From the UHGV virus genome UHGV-0135847: a stretch of 35,435 nt of DNA, one strand, 5' to 3'. The stretch comes from a virus. Made by a program: the position numbers and the translations under genes. Under the pieces are notes generated by a model, which did not search any database, was not told the origin of the DNA, and saw only the letters and a list, made by a program, of their open reading frames with translations. Positions 33,414 to 35,435 of this stretch are shown here, piece after piece. The stretch's first letter is position 1; every line of letters begins with the position of its first letter.

Positions 33414-34553
33414 GTGGGAAACAATAAAGTGAAATTAGGAAGAAATGATAAGTGCTGGTGTAATTCAGGACTTAAGTATAAAAAGTGCCATCTTGGTCGA
33501 GACCGTGAAACTCCGGTATCCAAAGCCGAGGCACTGAAATTTTCAAAGTCTCTCTCGCAGAGAAAGGCATGTTATGCGCCAGCATCCATGCACGAAGATT
33601 GTGATAAACGCATCGTTCAGGCGCATACGATATCTAAGAGCAGTAGCCTTAAGGCGATCGCCGACTCCAGCAATCACGTCATGGGGGTGATAATGAACTT
33701 AGCAAGCCTGATGAGAAACAACGGAAAATGGCTTCCCGAGAAGATCGGTATCAATCAGGCATCCACTTTTACAGGATTTTGTGCAGTTCATGACAGAATC
33801 TTGTTTTCATGCCTAGAGAACGAAAAATTTACAGGCACGGACGAGCAGTGCTTTGCCTTAATGTTTCGTTCATTGTCTAAAGAAATTTACGCCAAAGAAG
33901 GGGGAGTGCTATCTTCCGATTTTGCTAAAAATGCCGATAAAGGAAAGCTACAAGTTGAACAGTATTATATTCAGAAATTAATCGACCAGCACCAAAGTGG
34001 CTTAAATGCAGCAATAATTGAATTAAATAATCTTAAAACTAGCCTCGACCGCATCCTACTTAGCAGGCAATTTTCAGAAATTGAAAGTGTTATCTTCACT
34101 TTTGCAGAGCCTTTACCAATTGTAGTTTCGTCAATTCTTTCACCGGAGAGGGATTTCGATGGGACCAAAATTCAGGATTTGAGCGATCTTACAGTGTCGG
34201 CGGAACAAGTATGTTTCAATGCTTTTTCCTGCGGAGGTAAGGGATATGTAGTGTTCAGTTGGCTGAGAACTTCAACAATTATCAGACGTTTTATACGGAC
34301 ACTAATTAAGATCCCGGCTAACAGGATGTTCAATACCCTTCTGTATTTTTTCTTCACAAAGGCCGAAAATACATATTCATCCCCTGAGTGGTGGGACAGG
34401 CTCAGTGATAAACAGCGAGAGAATATCGGCAACATGATTATGTCAGGGGTTGAATTTTTTGGCAGACCTACATCACAGGTTGATCATTCCGTTGATTATA
34501 ACGCCGCTGCACTTGAAGAGATAACATGCAGCAACAACGAAATTTGCAGCTGA
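33414..34553 (+). CDS. AT-rich cargo gene: protein with N-terminal SEC-C zinc-binding motif and ~340-aa uncharacterised domain (start GTG 33414 or GTG 33429)
   Basis: GRNDKCWCNSGLKYKKCH matches the SecA C-terminal SEC-C motif GRNDPCPCGSGKKYKQCH; rest of protein unrecognised; DNA visibly AT-rich. Confidence 0.65.
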   Translation: MGNNKVKLGRNDKCWCNSGLKYKKCHLGRDRETPVSKAEALKFSKSLSQRKACYAPASMHEDCDKRIVQAHTISKSSSLKAIADSSNHVMGVIMNLASLMRNNGKWLPEKIGINQASTFTGFCAVHDRILFSCLENEKFTGTDEQCFALMFRSLSKEIYAKEGGVLSSDFAKNADKGKLQVEQYYIQKLIDQHQSGLNAAIIELNNLKTSLDRILLSRQFSEIESVIFTFAEPLPIVVSSILSPERDFDGTKIQDLSDLTVSAEQVCFNAFSCGGKGYVVFSWLRTSTIIRRFIRTLIKIPANRMFNTLLYFFFTKAENTYSSPEWWDRLSDKQRENIGNMIMSGVEFFGRPTSQVDHSVDYNAAALEEITCSNNEICS

Positions 34554-34842
34554 ATGTTTACATGCTGTTAGAAAAAGCGGGCTGAACAATCATTTCGGGA
34601 TTGTAACAGATAAGATGGCACTGCCCGCTTGCTTCCCGATATGTACCTCAGCCAATAAACTTATGTAAGCAACCGATTTCCATTTATGCGGAGGTTATCA
34701 AAGTTGTTGGAGTTGCGAACTTCCGCTCTTCGCACAAAGCGTACCGCTAGGTTTGATTGTATTCTGGCTGCGCAAACTGTCAGTTGGAGTCTGAGCTATT
34801 ACAACTTAGAATAGCGGCAGCACCACGTTAAGGGAGGTCGCT

Positions 34843-35103
34843 ATGTTCCGTTGTCCGCTTTGTGGCGCATCTGCCCGAATCCGCACCAGTCGTCCGGAAA
34901 ACGATTCAAACACTGTGCGGCAAAAGTATTACCAGTGTAACAACCTGGAATGCGGCGTATGCTTCTCAACACTGGAAGCTTTCCATAAATTCACATCAAA
35001 ACACGCCTCCGGCGTTCACTCTTCGGAAGGTATCCCGTGGCATGAGCTGCCAGCTTCACACAGGGGAAACAATCAGATGAGTTTGCCTTTACCTCAGAAT
35101 TAA
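34843..35103 (+). CDS. ogr: Ogr/Delta-family zinc-finger late transcription activator
   Basis: MFRCPLCGASARIRTSR...YYQCNNLECGVCFSTLE parallels P2 Ogr MFHCPLCQHAAHARTSR...YHQCQNVNCSATF; GGGAGG RBS. Confidence 0.85.
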   Translation: MFRCPLCGASARIRTSRPENDSNTVRQKYYQCNNLECGVCFSTLEAFHKFTSKHASGVHSSEGIPWHELPASHRGNNQMSLPLPQN

Positions 35104-35294
35104 CAGGCAGAATTGCCGGAGTAACAAAAAAACGATAGATTACCCGCGGGTGCCTTTCGGCTGATGGTCGGAGGGAATACCCGAAGGCCGGATGTGGAAA
35201 GGCCCCGGAAAACATTTCTGTTTAACCGAGGCCCTAACATATCTACCTTAAGCAAGTGATAGGTTAGCGCCTCTCCAACAAAGGAGCAAGCGCT

Positions 35295-35435
35295 ATGTCG
35301 CAAAAATCGCTTACGGCCATCACGTTCTGCGTGACGGTAATCCTCATCATCTGGATGCTACACGGTTCGCTGTGTGAAATACGGATGAGCTTCTGGGGAG
35401 CGGAGTTTGCGGCGTTCTTACAGTGTAAGCAGTAA
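35295..35435 (+). CDS. hok: Hok/Gef-family type I toxin (46 aa), not in ORF track
   Basis: MSQKSLTAITFCVTVILIIWMLHGSLCEIRMSFWGAEFAAFLQCKQ: TM helix plus SLCEIR and E(F/L)AAFL motifs as in E. coli HokA and R1 Hok; AAGGAG RBS 8 nt upstream; stop is the last codon of the window. Confidence 0.7.
   Translation: MSQKSLTAITFCVTVILIIWMLHGSLCEIRMSFWGAEFAAFLQCKQ

Larger units (their letters stand above)
1..35103. mobile_element. P2-like (peduovirus-type) prophage, near-complete gene set from int to ogr; true att boundaries not visible in window
   Basis: Collinear set of recognisable P2-family proteins (Int, A, Q, P, O, N, M, L, X, lysis, R, S, V, W, J, I, H, G, FI, FII, E/E', T, U, D, Ogr) read from the ORF translations; window starts exactly at int stop codon. 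Confidence 0.85.

Noticed and set aside
35104-35294. tRNA or tmRNA 3' fragment marking attR after ogr
   Set aside because: No T-loop (GGTTCGAATCC-like) or acceptor-stem/CCA features seen; att sites cannot be called without flanking host sequence.

Overview
The window is an essentially complete P2-like (peduovirus-type) temperate myovirus prophage from an enterobacterial host, running from the integrase stop codon (position 1) to a late activator ogr homologue and a Hok-family toxin gene at the right edge. All calls rest on reading the supplied six-frame translations and the DNA by eye; no database search or GC calculation was run. Recognisable backbone: a minus-strand lysogeny operon (repressor, two cargo genes, int), a plus-strand early operon ending in the replication initiator A, packaging genes Q/P, capsid genes O/N/M/L, X, a lysis cassette (holin, T5-type M15 endolysin, overlapping spanins), tail completion R/S, baseplate V/W/J/I, tail fibre H with four 120-bp tandem coding repeats, and Tfa G. 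Three things depart from the canonical P2 layout as I recall it: the tail sheath/tube/E-E'/tape-measure/U block is on the opposite strand, a ParM/ParR-like partition module follows gene A, and there are three AT-rich cargo insertions. The cargo loci are the best candidates for undescribed accessory or anti-phage functions: (1) a signal-peptide protein plus a membrane-anchored protein inside the repressor-int operon, (2) a reverse-strand membrane protein between the ParMR module and the cos/portal region, (3) a 379-aa protein with an N-terminal SEC-C zinc motif between D and ogr. Attachment sites cannot be defined because no flank is visible.
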